49,828 bases of DNA, from assembly GCF_018977255.1 (NCBI RefSeq), contig NW_024705386.1, positions 1 to 49,828 on the forward strand, written 5' to 3'. Within the stretch, counting starts at the first letter, position 1, and every line of letters starts with the position of its first letter. Positions 1-12,567 of the stretch are shown here, piece by piece. Source of the DNA: Callorhinchus milii (lineage: Eukaryota). The notes beneath the pieces were generated by a model. That model was given only the letters and a program-made list of their open reading frames with translations. It had not been told where the DNA came from and did not search any database. Both the position numbers and the translations under genes were made by a program.

Positions 1-186
1 TAACAACACATGGCAACTTCTACCATAAACACCACACATTTAACAGAGACGATGATCCAACTACGAGACGAAGCAATGTATCTATCGAAGTATAAAATTG
101 TTGTCATCCTGAAATAAGTGAACACTTCTGGAACTTATCAGGAACACTTTTATCTGAACACAATGTAGAGCATTCACAACATCACT

Positions 187-412
187 CTAGCTTGAAGTCC
201 TAGAAATCACCGAAAAAAATATATAAGAGACACGAATATGACTCTCCAGCCACTCCACTACATCAAGCCATCTCTCAGGATGCAACTGCATGGGGTCGAA
301 AGAGGAATTTCGTTTAGGACTCATGACAACATTTTTACTCTTTGTTTGATGATGCCTGTGAAGTGTTGCTGACCGTGAAAATGCTTCCAACACACAGAGC
401 AATCAAACAGTT
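187..412 (-). pseudogene. Relic single zinc finger plus one C-terminal motif in the 3'UTR (also ~4484-4710, ~12240-12455, ~33429-33655, ~37437-37663, ~41441-41667)
   Basis: Reads LFDCSVCWK / [43 protein letters not shown] across a 1-nt deletion (TGGAAGCATTT instead of TGGAAGGCATTT) seen in all six copies. Confidence 0.8.
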
Positions 413-521
413 TTGTTAAAATAATTACACTAGCTTGGAGTAGTGCTGGAAATCACTGATATAATCAATTGCACCTAATTAATTGATCTAACAGAGACAC
501 AAACGTGCACATTCCAGGACT

Positions 522-1652
<1,131 letters not shown>

Positions 1653-3060
1653 GTGACTGATTCTTCAGTGACAGTCGCGGGTGTTGTTGAGAGTAAAATG
1701 CACCTTAAGCTGCGTGGATGTCTGGCTCAAATCGCCAAGAAGCAAACTCTTACCAACGTCTAACTGAGACACAGTAACGTCTCGGAAGTCGGACTACACA
1801 CGCGATTACCAGTTTATCCACTAACAAAGACACTTACTTGTGATGCACGGCGTATCGATGTCCCTGTAACCCGTCTGAAGAGATCGCCACGAACTCTCCC
1901 GAAGCGAAGTCGCCAACCAGTCGCCAAGCAATCGTGCTCGCCAGGCTGGGTCTCGTGGAAGAAGGGTTATCTGCAGAGCGGGGAGTCGAGCGTCTATCCT
2001 CAGCAAAATCCCTCTCGAAATGACCTTGAGGTCTGATTTTAAGCCCCTTATAACTTCGCTCTAGCATCCAAATCCTTTGTTCACAACTTGGCCTATTATG
2101 GACTTTGCATTAAATTGTTAATTTTTACGTTAACAATCCGCATATCCAGCAACATAACACGTATGTACATCTCACGCATAATTGTACACTTCCGTTTGAA
2201 TAAGGATGTGCATCTCCATGCATAATTCCGTGCTTCGTGTTAATTTGCAAATATTCACCCCCCAATGTCCTCTAAACTGCTGCAAGTTTAGAGGATTATA
2301 AAGCGACATACAGTCTGAAGTATCAAAATTGGTGATCTCGAGATTGATTTGGAATAAGATGTGCAAGTTTATACTGTACTGACTTTGTTTTATAAATATA
2401 TTTAAGGACAATCGTGTTGAGCGGGGTGTTTCTAGAAAACGAGTGTTTTATATTAAAAATTCTGCCATGAACTTTGAATAATCATCCGAATGGTTTAGCT
2501 TGTAAGCGTGGTTTATTATAATGTTCATGTTAAAGGTTTTTTGGGTTAGATCGCTTAAATATACAAATGTGTATTTGAAACCGCCACCACCCGACAAAGC
2601 CAACTAGTAAGGGTTGTCATGTAGCAATAAGGGACGATCATCTTTAACATAGCAGGTCTTTATTGTTCTTCAAGTATATTAACATTAAAACTCGTAGAAA
2701 CACATGCACACTCGTGTGTGAAACAGTCGCGTTTGGATGCACACTCGTGTGTGTATGTCTTCTCGTCCGTTTTTTAGGAAGGATATGGTAGCAATAACGT
2801 ACGATCAGTCATCTTTAAAAACAAATCAGGTCTTTATTAATCTGCAAGAAAACTCACGTTAATACTCGTATCGAACTCTTTATTAATACGCATGCTATTT
2901 CCCAATAGGAATTCAACAGTTAAAACAGATTCTTAAAATCAAACAAGTAGACGTCGTTTCCCCTTTGACGTCCTTTTACACTGAAGCCATTCGTCAAAGC
3001 CATCAAACACAGGAACAACGAACGTGCAATCCACGCACACTCTGAAACCTATTATTTGAA

Positions 3061-3855
3061 TTTCGATTTAAAGCTTTCGTGACTGCAGGGATTCATCTTC
3101 TTGTTTCTTTCGGTAAAGTCACGTAGAAGGGAAGTAATAAAATAATAAAAATAAAACATAATAAAACAATTCTCACGACGTTTCGGCTACAACGCAAGCA
3201 GCCGTCTTCAGGTGAAGAATGAGACACTACCAAACTAGGAGCTTATATATAAGCTGCATTGGGGGTTGAAGAGCGCCTTAACAAAAAGAATGTGCATGTG
3301 AAGAGGGATTTAGCATATTCATGGAAAATGCGTAGGCGTTGGGCGGGGGGTGTCAAAGTCATATTATGCCCATGCATTATGCAGGATCAGCAGCAACCAA
3401 GGGGGGTGCAGGGATTAGCAGTAACAAAGGAAAGGAATGTTAATGATATGTAGCTGCAGTTACTCAACAACCACGTAGAAAAACTAAAGTATAAACTACA
3501 TAAAAAACTAAAGTAAAACTGCACGCACCATCAGTATACTTACTATACTCTATAATAAGCTGAGTTACTAACAGCAAGTAATACATTACAATTTACCTCG
3601 TAAAAATTCTATAATATGCTTCATCTAAACCTTATTCTCTTACATCACACGAGCATATACCGTACTATATACTGCCATAGAAACCCAACATTAATATATA
3701 TACTGTATTGCTGTAAACCAACCTATATCTTATACATTTAATATCACACTATGTATTATTCTACACACCTAATGTGTATCGAAATGGTTTATTACGTCCT
3801 CCAATGATTGCTGAGCCAGAATCCATCTTCTCGGTTAAAATTTGTCTCTGTGTTT
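3061..3855 (-). mobile_element. 5'-truncated Penelope-like element: GIY-YIG C-terminal remnant, 3' region and pLTR with hammerhead (copies ~36003-36803, ~40009-40809)
   Basis: The minus strand at ~3795-3855 and its copies give the consensus KHRDNFNREDGFWLSNHW, matching the NFNR[DE]xG..LS..W end of Penelope/Poseidon ORFs. Hammerhead at 3169-3220. The block is absent from the equivalent site at ~32795. Confidence 0.7.
3169..3220 (-). ncRNA. Minimal type I hammerhead ribozyme (PLE type)
   Basis: Minus strand AUUCUUCAC-CUGAAGA-C-GGCUGC-uugcguu-GUAGCC-GAAAC-GUC^GUGAGAAU: intact core, 6-bp stem II, 8-bp bulged stem I, palindromic ACGU in place of stem III. Confidence 0.8.
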
Positions 3856-3864
3856 GAATTAATT

Positions 3865-3967
3865 TTAACTTTGGAGCTTTCGTGACTGCAGGAATTATTC
3901 TTTGGTTCTTTCGGTAAAGTCACGTATAAAGAAAAAATAATAAATTAAATAATAGCATACGACGTTT
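3865..3967 (-). mobile_element. ~100-bp Penelope pLTR fragment inserted next to the poly(A) signal (copies 32809-32910, ~36813-36915, ~40820-40921)
   Basis: Homologous to 3072-3184 but truncated inside the hammerhead GAAA (keeps AAACGTCG). The 32809-32910 copy is flanked by ATTAATTT direct repeats (32801-32808, 32911-32918). Confidence 0.65.
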
Positions 3968-4807
3968 AAGTAATTTATTACACAATGATAAAAATTAATG
4001 AACATGTTTAAAATATTGAGCAAAGTTGTGATCACAGACTTTCTCCAACTTTAGCTCAACAAGACCACTTAACCACGAGAGTAAAATCAGGAATTGAACC
4101 ACCTCACAACCACTGCACATCACACCACATCAACAAGTAATCCGATCGGACGACAAAGCACCACCTTAACGTGACGAAGTCTAGAATAAACCTCAACACT
4201 CAAGACGCGGAATTCAACATAAACACCACGACAAAATGAATAACAGGAATGGGCAAATCCTAAAACAAGACGGCACACCCAGATCAGTAGCAGTGAGAAG
4301 ATGACAACACATGGCAACTTCTACCATAAACACCACATATTTAACAGAGACGATGATCTAACGACGAGACGAAGAATGTATCTATCGAAGTATAAAATTG
4401 TTGTCATTATGACATCAGTGAAACTTCTGGAACTTAAAAGGAAGACATTCATCTGAACACATTATAGAGCATTCACAACATCACTAGCTTGAAGTCCTAG
4501 AAATCACCGAAAAAAAAATATAAGAGACACGAATAGCACTCTCCAGCCACTCCACTACATCAAGCCATCTCTCAGGATGCAACTGCATGGGGTCGAAAGA
4601 GGAATTTCGTTTAGGACTCATGACAACATTTTTACTCTTTGTTTGATGATGCCTGTGAAGTGTTGCTGACCGTGAAAATGCTTCCAACACACAGAGCAAT
4701 CAAACGGTTTTGTTAAAATAATTACACTAGCTTGGAGTAGTGCTGGAAATCACTGATATAATCAATTGCACCTATACATTGATACACAAACATGCACATT
4801 CCAGACT

Positions 4808-5547
4808 TTAACAGAAGTACTCATACTTTGATTATCCAGCCACTCCAGCAGCCATTTCTCATTATCAACCTGCATGGGGTCGAAATAGGAATTGTCGTCA
4901 GGACTCATTACATCCACTACATCCACGCATCTCTCAGGATCCACCTGCATAGGTTCGAAGATGCATTTTTTTCAGGACTCATTGCAGCACTTTGTATTTC
5001 ACCTTTTGATTTCACTTCCCTATATTGCTGATCTTCTCATGCTTGTTTCGGGTGATGACCGTGTCATTTCTCCAACGGAGAACAACTTGAATGGCTTCTC
5101 GCCCGTGTGTGTTTTCTGGTGACTGTGAAGATTGATTTCTGCAAATGCCTTCCACACACAGCAATTGAACGGCTTCTCGCCCGTGTGTTTTCTGGTGACT
5201 GTGAAGATGTGATTTCTGTGCAAATGCCTTCCCACACACAGAGCAATTGAATGGCTTCTCGCCCGTGTGTGTTTTCTGGTGATGTGAAGATGTGATTTCT
5301 GCAAATGCCTTCCACACACAGGCAATTGAACGGCTTCTCGCCCGAGTGTGTTTTCTGGTGACTGTGAAGATTTGATTTCCGTGAAAATGACTTCTCACAA
5401 ACAGAGCAATTGAAGGCTTTTCGCCCGTGTGTGTTTTCTGGTGCCTGTGAAGATCTGCTTTACGGCAAATGCCTTCACACAAACAGAGCAATTGAATGGC
5501 TTCTTACCCGTGTGTGCGTGGCGCTGTGGAGAGTTTTTCTGCTCCAT
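4808..5547 (-). pseudogene. C2H2 zinc-finger gene U2 (5 fingers, two C-terminal repeats, frameshifted as assembled)
   Basis: Homology to U5. Fingers are split over frames by 1-3 nt deletions, and the middle 66-bp tail repeat is absent. Confidence 0.75.
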
Positions 5548-7142
5548 TCTTCAGAGCAGAGAAACTGTCGCGGATGTTGTTGAGAGCAAAAGGCGCCCTC
5601 TAAGCTGCGTGGATGTCTGGCTCAAATCGCCAGGAAGCAAACTCTTACCAACGTCTAACTGAGACACAGTAACGTCTCGTAAGTCGGACTACACACGCAA
5701 TTACCAGTTTATCCACTAACAAAGACACTTACTTGTGGATGCACGTCGTATCGATGTCCCTGTAACCCGTCTGAAGAGATTGCCACGAACTCTCCCGAAG
5801 CGAAGTCGCCAACCAGTCGCCAAGCAATCGTGCTCGCCAGGCTGGGTCTCGTGAAAGAAGGGTGATCTGCAGAGCGAGGAGTCAAGCGTCTATCCTCAGC
5901 AAAATCCGTCTCGAAATGACCCTGAGGTCTGATTTTAAGCCCCTTATAACTTCGCTCTAGCATCCAAATCCTTTGTTCTCGACTTGGCCTATTATGGACT
6001 TTGCATTCAATTGTAAATTTTTACATTAACAATCCGCATATCTAGCAACATAATACGTATGTACATCTCACTGCATAATTGTACACTTCCGTTTGAATAA
6101 GGATGTGCATCTCCCTGCATAATTCCATGATTCGTGTTAATTTGCTAATATTCACCCCCAATGTCCTCTAAACTGATGCAAGTTTAGAGGATTATAAAGC
6201 GACATACAGCCTGAAATATCAAAATTGGTGATCTCGAGCTTGATTTGGAATACGATGTGCAAGTTTATACTGTACTGACTTTGTTTCATAAATATATTTA
6301 AGGACAATCGTCATGAGCGGGGTGCTTCTGGAAAACGAGTTTTTATATTATAATTTCTACCTTAGACTATACATTATAATATTACACTATGTATTATTCT
6401 ACCCACTCTACAGTATACCACACTGCTGTATATTCACTATACAATTACTTTATTACCTTATACATTATATTAAACATTACACTTTTATACTATTTATTAT
6501 TATACAATCTTCTGTGCGATGCGGCAGTTTAGGCGGGTTGTGTGACACTGCAGCAGCCGGCATTTGTCAGCTGTTGTCGCGCCGCGGGGCGTGTGCAGTG
6601 AACACGGAGGCTGGCGGGGTTTGGTGCAGGGATCTGCCGCCACCCAAAACTCGGGCGACGCCAAAGTAATAATGGAAATAATAAAATAAATTATATGATA
6701 GAAGATGAAAGTAAGAAGAGCGGTGGTGAGTGAAGAAGGAAGTGGGTAAGGTACGAGGTGTGGTTACGGTTGATAAACTGTGAGAGCGATCCGGGACTGC
6801 ATCCAGCTGCGGCGCTGTCGCCATCCTACTCTCGAATCCATTGAGAGGGCAGATCCAGCAGTGGATTGTGTGAATCTAATAACGACCACAATGTGATACG
6901 AGTGATTATAATGCAATTCAAATCCCGCAGCCCGCAGTTCGTATTCATTCGAGCAGTATGGTTCTAATATGGGATATTATGAAAGGCATATGACTAATCG
7001 GCCTTGCCCGCATCCCGACACTGATGTTAACCTTCAGTGCAGGCAGGAACAATCACCACTCCACGCGTGGGGCATACACACCTTCCTACAGCTCACCGCC
7101 ACGGTTTGCCCCTTCATTATTTTGTTCAAAATAGGAGCCACT

Positions 7143-7535
7143 CAAGTTCAAGTTCATTTATTAGGTATAGCCCTGTGAGCCATTCGGCTCTTGAATCGGG
7201 TGTATCCGCAACAAACAAAAAACTAAAACATGAACAAAAAACATCTTAAAGTGCAAACAGAAAATCCAAGAAAAGACAGCAAAATATTGCAAAAAAAACC
7301 ACCGTACACCAACGCTGTGTGCAAAAATCCCAGTGGGATGCAATTTAAACAACAACCACAAGACAACTTAGATTAAGGCCATCAGTTTAACTCTGTACTA
7401 CAACAAAAACATGGCTAAACCAATACACTTTTAGAATCACCAAAACAAAGCCATGAAAGCAATGAAACAGTGATCATAGGAACTGTGACGGAATTTTCAC
7501 AATAAATGGCATTAACAACATCTACTACCAAAACC
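7143..7535 (-). mobile_element. Probable 3' end of a non-LTR retrotransposon (L2/Rex-Babar-like tail); copy at ~44191-44585
   Basis: ~390-bp block present only upstream of U2 and U10. The minus strand ends AATAAAT-GAACTTGAACTTG, a short tandem-repeat tail. Confidence 0.5.
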
Positions 7536-7914
7536 CTCTCCCTGTTTTGTTGCCATTCTGCTGCCCACGAGTAAAGTTATGTAAAAACAACCCCCTACCT
7601 CATCAGCGGTGCAGAGCGGTAACGCTGTGGTCAATGTGAGCAATGTCCGAGAGGGAAGGCTCATAGACATCACAGAGGCCCACGAGGTCTCCGGACTGTT
7701 GCGAGGGGCTGGTAACCCCTCCACATTCAATGCACTTACCGTGAGAACACGTGGTAAATAAAAACACACACATCACTGTACATACACATCAGTGTAAATA
7801 CACACTGCTATAGACTGATAATGGTTATAATAATAAACAACACTTGCAAACTATACCATCCAGATGGGTATCCAGAGCAATTGTAACCATTTTTTGATGG
7901 AATATTACAATAAC

Positions 7915-8280
7915 CCTCGTTGTTTAGACACACCATCAACAAGAGTCCTTAAAAATATCCATAAAATCAAGTCACCACGCTATAAAACATTGCAACATTT
8001 TATACTTATTTTCATAGATAAAGTCGATAAATTGATCACAGTTTACAGGCCATTGTAAATGTGCAAACTAACAACATGTACATACTTATTCAGGGAGATG
8101 CCCATCCCTATTCAAACGGAAGCGAACGATGATTCAGCATATTCTTACTTAGGCTTAAGCACAATGGCCATATGAGCTTAGGTATGTTGCTAGATATGAG
8201 GAGCTTTAGTACAGTGAATAGCAATTAAATGCAAATAAGTTCATGAAGATAATGATTAGAGCGAGATTTCATAAATGGGA
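7915..8280 (+). promoter_or_regulatory. Diverged, inverted paralog of the ZNF promoter (copies ~15480-15870, ~19990-20385, ~24510-24905, ~29030-29425, ~44962-45330)
   Basis: Colinear blocks shared with the reverse complement of the main promoter: CTCGTT..TAGA.ACACC, GTCCTTAAA, CAGTTTA.AGG.CATTG, GCAAA.TAACA, GGAGATGC.CATCC.TATTCAAACGGAAG, TATGTTGCTAGATAT, CAATT.AATGCAAA, TAGAGCGA..CATAAA. Confidence 0.7.
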
Positions 8281-8889
8281 AGAATAATCCGAAACAGTGT
8301 GTCGTAGCAATGGCAAGCAAATGGAAGTATGAACTTGAAAACGACTTCATGAAAATAAACTACACCCATGACTTCAATACACTCATTAAATATGTAGCAA
8401 TAAGGGACGATCAGTCATCTTTAAATTATCAGGTCTTTATTGTTCTGCAAGTATATTAACGTTAAGACTCGTAGAAACACATGCACACTCGTGTGTGAAT
8501 GCACAACGCTGTATATACAGTCGTGTTTGGATGCACACTCGTGTGTGCACGTCTACTCGTCCGTGTTTTTTTAAAGGAAATATGGTAGCAATAACGTACG
8601 ATCAGTCATCTTTAAAACAAATCAGGTCTTTATTAATCTGCAAGAAAACTCACGTTAATACTCGTATCGAAATCTTTATTAATACGCATGCTCAAACAGG
8701 AAAGGAACTAGGCAAATTATTTCCCAATAGGAATTCAACAGTTAAAACAGATTCTTAAAATCAACAAGGAAACGTCGATTTCCCCTTTGACGTCCTTTTC
8801 CACTGAAGCCATTCGTCCAGAAGTCCAAGCCATCAAACACAGGAACAACGAACGTGCAATCCACGCACACTCTGAAACTTATTATTTGA

Positions 8890-9316
8890 AGTGATGTAAT
8901 TTATTACACAATGATGAAAATTCAATAACATGTTTAAAATATTGTTGTGATCACAGACTTTCTCCAACTTTAGCTCAACAAGACCACTTTAACACGAGAG
9001 TAAAATCAGGAATTGAACCACCTCACAACCACTGCACATCACACCACATCAACAAGTAATCCGATAGTACTACAAAGTACCATCTTAACGTGACGAAGTC
9101 TAGAATAAACCTCAACACTCAGGAGACGGAATTCAACACAAACACCACGACACAATTAATTACAGGAATGGGAAAATCCTAAAACAAGACGGCACACCCA
9201 CATCAGTAGTTGTGAGAAGATGACAACACATGGCAACTTCTACAATAAACACCACATATTTAAGAGAGCCGATGATCAAACTACGAGACGATGCAATATA
9301 TCTATCGAAGTATAAA
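8890..9316 (-). pseudogene. Orphan ZNF 3'UTR with the gene deleted (copy ~45940-46352)
   Basis: Matches the 3'UTR (AATAAA..ATCGAAGTATAAAA), then jumps at 9317 into spacer sequence (CCGCTGTATATACAG) instead of into the CDS. Confidence 0.75.
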
Positions 9317-9667
9317 ACCGCTGTATATACAGTCGTGTTTGGATGCACACTCGTGTGTGTATGTCTTCTCGTCCGTGTTTTTTTAAGGAAGGAAATGGTA
9401 GCAATAACGTACGATCTGCCATGTTTAAAAACAAATCAGGTCTGTATTGATTTGCAAGAATATTAACAGTAAAACTCGCATTAAATGTTTGTATCAATTC
9501 GCTTGGTCAAACGGTTAACAAACTAGGAAATTTATATCACTTTCAGGAATGCAACAGTTATAAAATATTCTCAAATCAAACACGTAAACATTGATTAATC
9601 ATCTTCTGGTTCTTTCGGTAAAGTCAAGTATAAGGGAAATAATACAAATAAAACATAATAAAATAAT

Positions 9668-9715
9668 TCTTACGACGTTTCGGCCACAACGCACACAGCT
9701 GTCCTCAGGTGAAGA
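9668..9715 (-). ncRNA. Hammerhead ribozyme variant (CUGAGGA core, weaker stem II)
   Basis: UCUUCAC-CUGAGGA-C-AGCUGU-gugcguu-GUGGCC-GAAACGUC^GUAAGA; same pLTR flank as 3169-3220. Confidence 0.6.
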
Positions 9716-10159
9716 CCAGGTCTGTCGGGGAGACAGCGTCTGAATGAAACACCACCACGCTTAAACAACTAAAGTATAAACTACATAGCATCATCAGTAT
9801 ACTTACTATACTCTACAATAAGCTGAGTTACTAACAGTAAGTAATACATACAATTCTACGTCGTAAAAATAATATAATATGCTTCCATCTAAACTTTGTT
9901 CTCTTACATCACACGAGTCTACACCGTACTATATACTGCCATAGACAAACACAACATTAAATTATATACTGTATTGCTATAAACATTTTAACATAACATG
10001 ATGTATTATTCTACCCACCCTAATGTGTATCACACTGCTATATGTTTACTATACAATTACGATACTATATATTACTCTGTACATTGTATTAAGCATATAA
10101 ATGTTATACTATTTGTTATTATACACTGTACCATTGACCGTCGTGTCAATGGGTGAGTC

Positions 10160-10493
10160 GTGAATATTAGCAAATTAACACGAAGCACGGAATTATGCAT
10201 GTAGATGCACATCCTTATTCAAACGGAAGTGTACAATTATGCAGTGAGATGTACATACGTATTATGTTGCTAGATATGCGGATTGTTAATGTAAAAATTA
10301 ACAATTGAATGCAAAGACCATAATAGGCCAAGTCGAGAACAAAGGATTTGGATGCGAGAGCGAAGTTATAAGGGGCTTAAAATCAGACCTCAAGATCATT
10401 TCGAGAGGGATTTTACTGAGGATAGACGCTCGACTCCTCGCTCTGCAGATAACTCTTCTTCCACGAGACCCAGCCTGGCGAGCACGATTGCTT
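10160..10493 (+). promoter_or_regulatory. Recent inverted copy of the ZNF proximal promoter and leader, fused to a finger fragment (10490-10531)
   Basis: Near-identical reverse complement of ~22808-23140. TATAAG 10367-10372, Inr TCATTTC with A at 10398. Joins GCTTCTCGCCCGTGTGTG finger sequence through GCTT. Confidence 0.85.
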
Positions 10494-10642
10494 CTCGCCC
10501 GTGTGTGTTTTTTGGTAATTGTAAAGATGTGCTACCATTTAGATAATTAATAAAAGTTTATGAGAGTAATTGTGATCTTGATTTGAAGCTTTCGTGACTG
10601 CAGGAATCACGTAGATATAAAAATAATAAAATAAAATATTAA

Positions 10643-10686
10643 ATCTCGACGTTTCGATCGCAACACAAGCGGTCGTACTCAGGCGG
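10643..10686 (-). ncRNA. Degenerate hammerhead ribozyme (CUGAGUA core)
   Basis: CUGAGUA-C-GACCGC-uuguguu-GCGAUC-GAAACGUC. The conserved G8 is replaced, so it is probably inactive. Confidence 0.45.
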
Positions 10687-12567
10687 ACAAAAATAATCCA
10701 GCTAGATAATTTTAATAATATATCATAACGAAACCTCGTGAAATATTACTTTTGGTTTTATCTTATTATTTTTCTATCTACATGACTTTACCGAAAGAAC
10801 CAAAGAGAATAGCAATTGTATTCATTGTCGTAGATTGAATAGAACAAATCACCTTGGTTGTTTTGATGCACCCATATCAACACGTGTCCTTACATATACT
10901 GAAAAAGCAAGGTAGTTTGCACATTTACAATGGCCTGTAAACTAATATTAATGTATTATATTGTGTCGTAAAAATAATTGAGGGGCAACGTGGTAGGAAT
11001 GCGCCACCTCAACAGGGAACTACAGGGATGAGACTCCTCGCTCGTGGTGCTAAATGAATGAAAACAGCGCCACTGAGCAGACAGAGCCCCGCCCCTACAG
11101 CTCGTGAGTGTGACGTAGTGAGTGTGACCAGCGGACTGCCACGATGCTGCCAGGTAAGGGTAAACTTGTGTGATGGAGATGCTTCACCTGAAACTCGCCT
11201 CCACCCGTGTTCGCTATGAACATTGTAGCAATAAGGGACGATCAGTTATCTTTAACATAGCAGGTCTTTATTGTTCTGCAAGTATATAAACGTTAAAACT
11301 CGTAGAAACACATGCACACTCGTGTGTGAATGCACACCGCTGTATATACAGTCGTGTTTGGATGTACACTCGTGTGTGTATGTCTACTCGTCCATGTTTT
11401 TTAAGGAAAACTATGGTAGCAATAACGTACGATCAGTCATCTTTAAAAACAAATCAGGTCTTTATTAATCTGCAAAAAAACTCACGTTAATACTCGAATC
11501 GAAATCTTTATTAATACGCATGCTCAAACAGGAAAGGAACTAGGCAAATTATTTCCAATAGGAATTCAACAGTTAAAAGATATTCTTAAAATCAAAACGT
11601 AAACGTCGATTTCCCCTTTGACGTCCTTTTCCACTGAAGCCATTCGTCCAGAAGTTCAAGCCATCAAACACAGGAACAACGAACGTGCAATCCACGCACA
11701 CTCGGAAACTATTATTTGAAGTGATTAATTTATTACACAATGATGAAAATTAATGAACATGTTTAAAATATTGAGCAAAGTTGTGATCACAGACTTTCTC
11801 CAACTTTAGCTCAACAAGACCACTTAACCACGAGAGTAAAATCAGGAATTGAACCACCTCACAACCACTGCACATCACACCACATCAACAAGTAATCCGA
11901 TCGGACGACAAAGCACCACCTTAACGTGACGAAGTCTAGAATAAACCTCAACACTCAAGACACGGAATTCAACAAAACACCACGACAAAATGAATAACAG
12001 GAATGGGCAAATCCTAAAACAAGACGGCACACCCAGATCAGTAGCTGTGAGAAATGACAACACATGGCAACTTCTACCATAAACACCAAACATTTAACAG
12101 AGCCGATGATCCAACTACGAGACGAAGCAATGTATCTATCGAAGTATAAAATTGTTGTCATCCTGAAATAGTGAACACTTCTGGAACTTATCAGGAACAC
12201 TTTTATCTGAACACATTGTAGAGCATTCACAACATCACTCTAGCTTTAAGTCCTAAAAATATCGAAGAAAATATAATATAACAGACACAATATCCTACCA
12301 GCCACTCCACTACATCAAGGCATCTCTAATGCAACTGCATGGGGTCGAAAGAGGAATTTCGTTTAGGACTCATGACAACATTTTTACTCTTTGTTTGATG
12401 ATGCCTGTGAAGTGTTGCTAAACGTGAAAATGCTTCCAACACACAGAGCAATCAAGGTTTTGTTAAAATAATTACACTAGCTTGGAGTAGTGCTGGAAAT
12501 CACTGATATAATCAATTGCACCTAATAATTGATCTAACAGAGACACAAACATGCACATTCCAAGACT

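Noticed and set aside
3072..3130. Second hammerhead suggested by minus-strand CACGAAAGCTT and the CGTGACT/AGTCACG stem
   Set aside because: No CUGANGA precedes the stem; kept only as a conserved pLTR segment.
8768..8795. Plus-strand GAAACGTC as a hammerhead 3' half
   Set aside because: No upstream CUGANGA or stem II, and the GAAA is not conserved in other copies.
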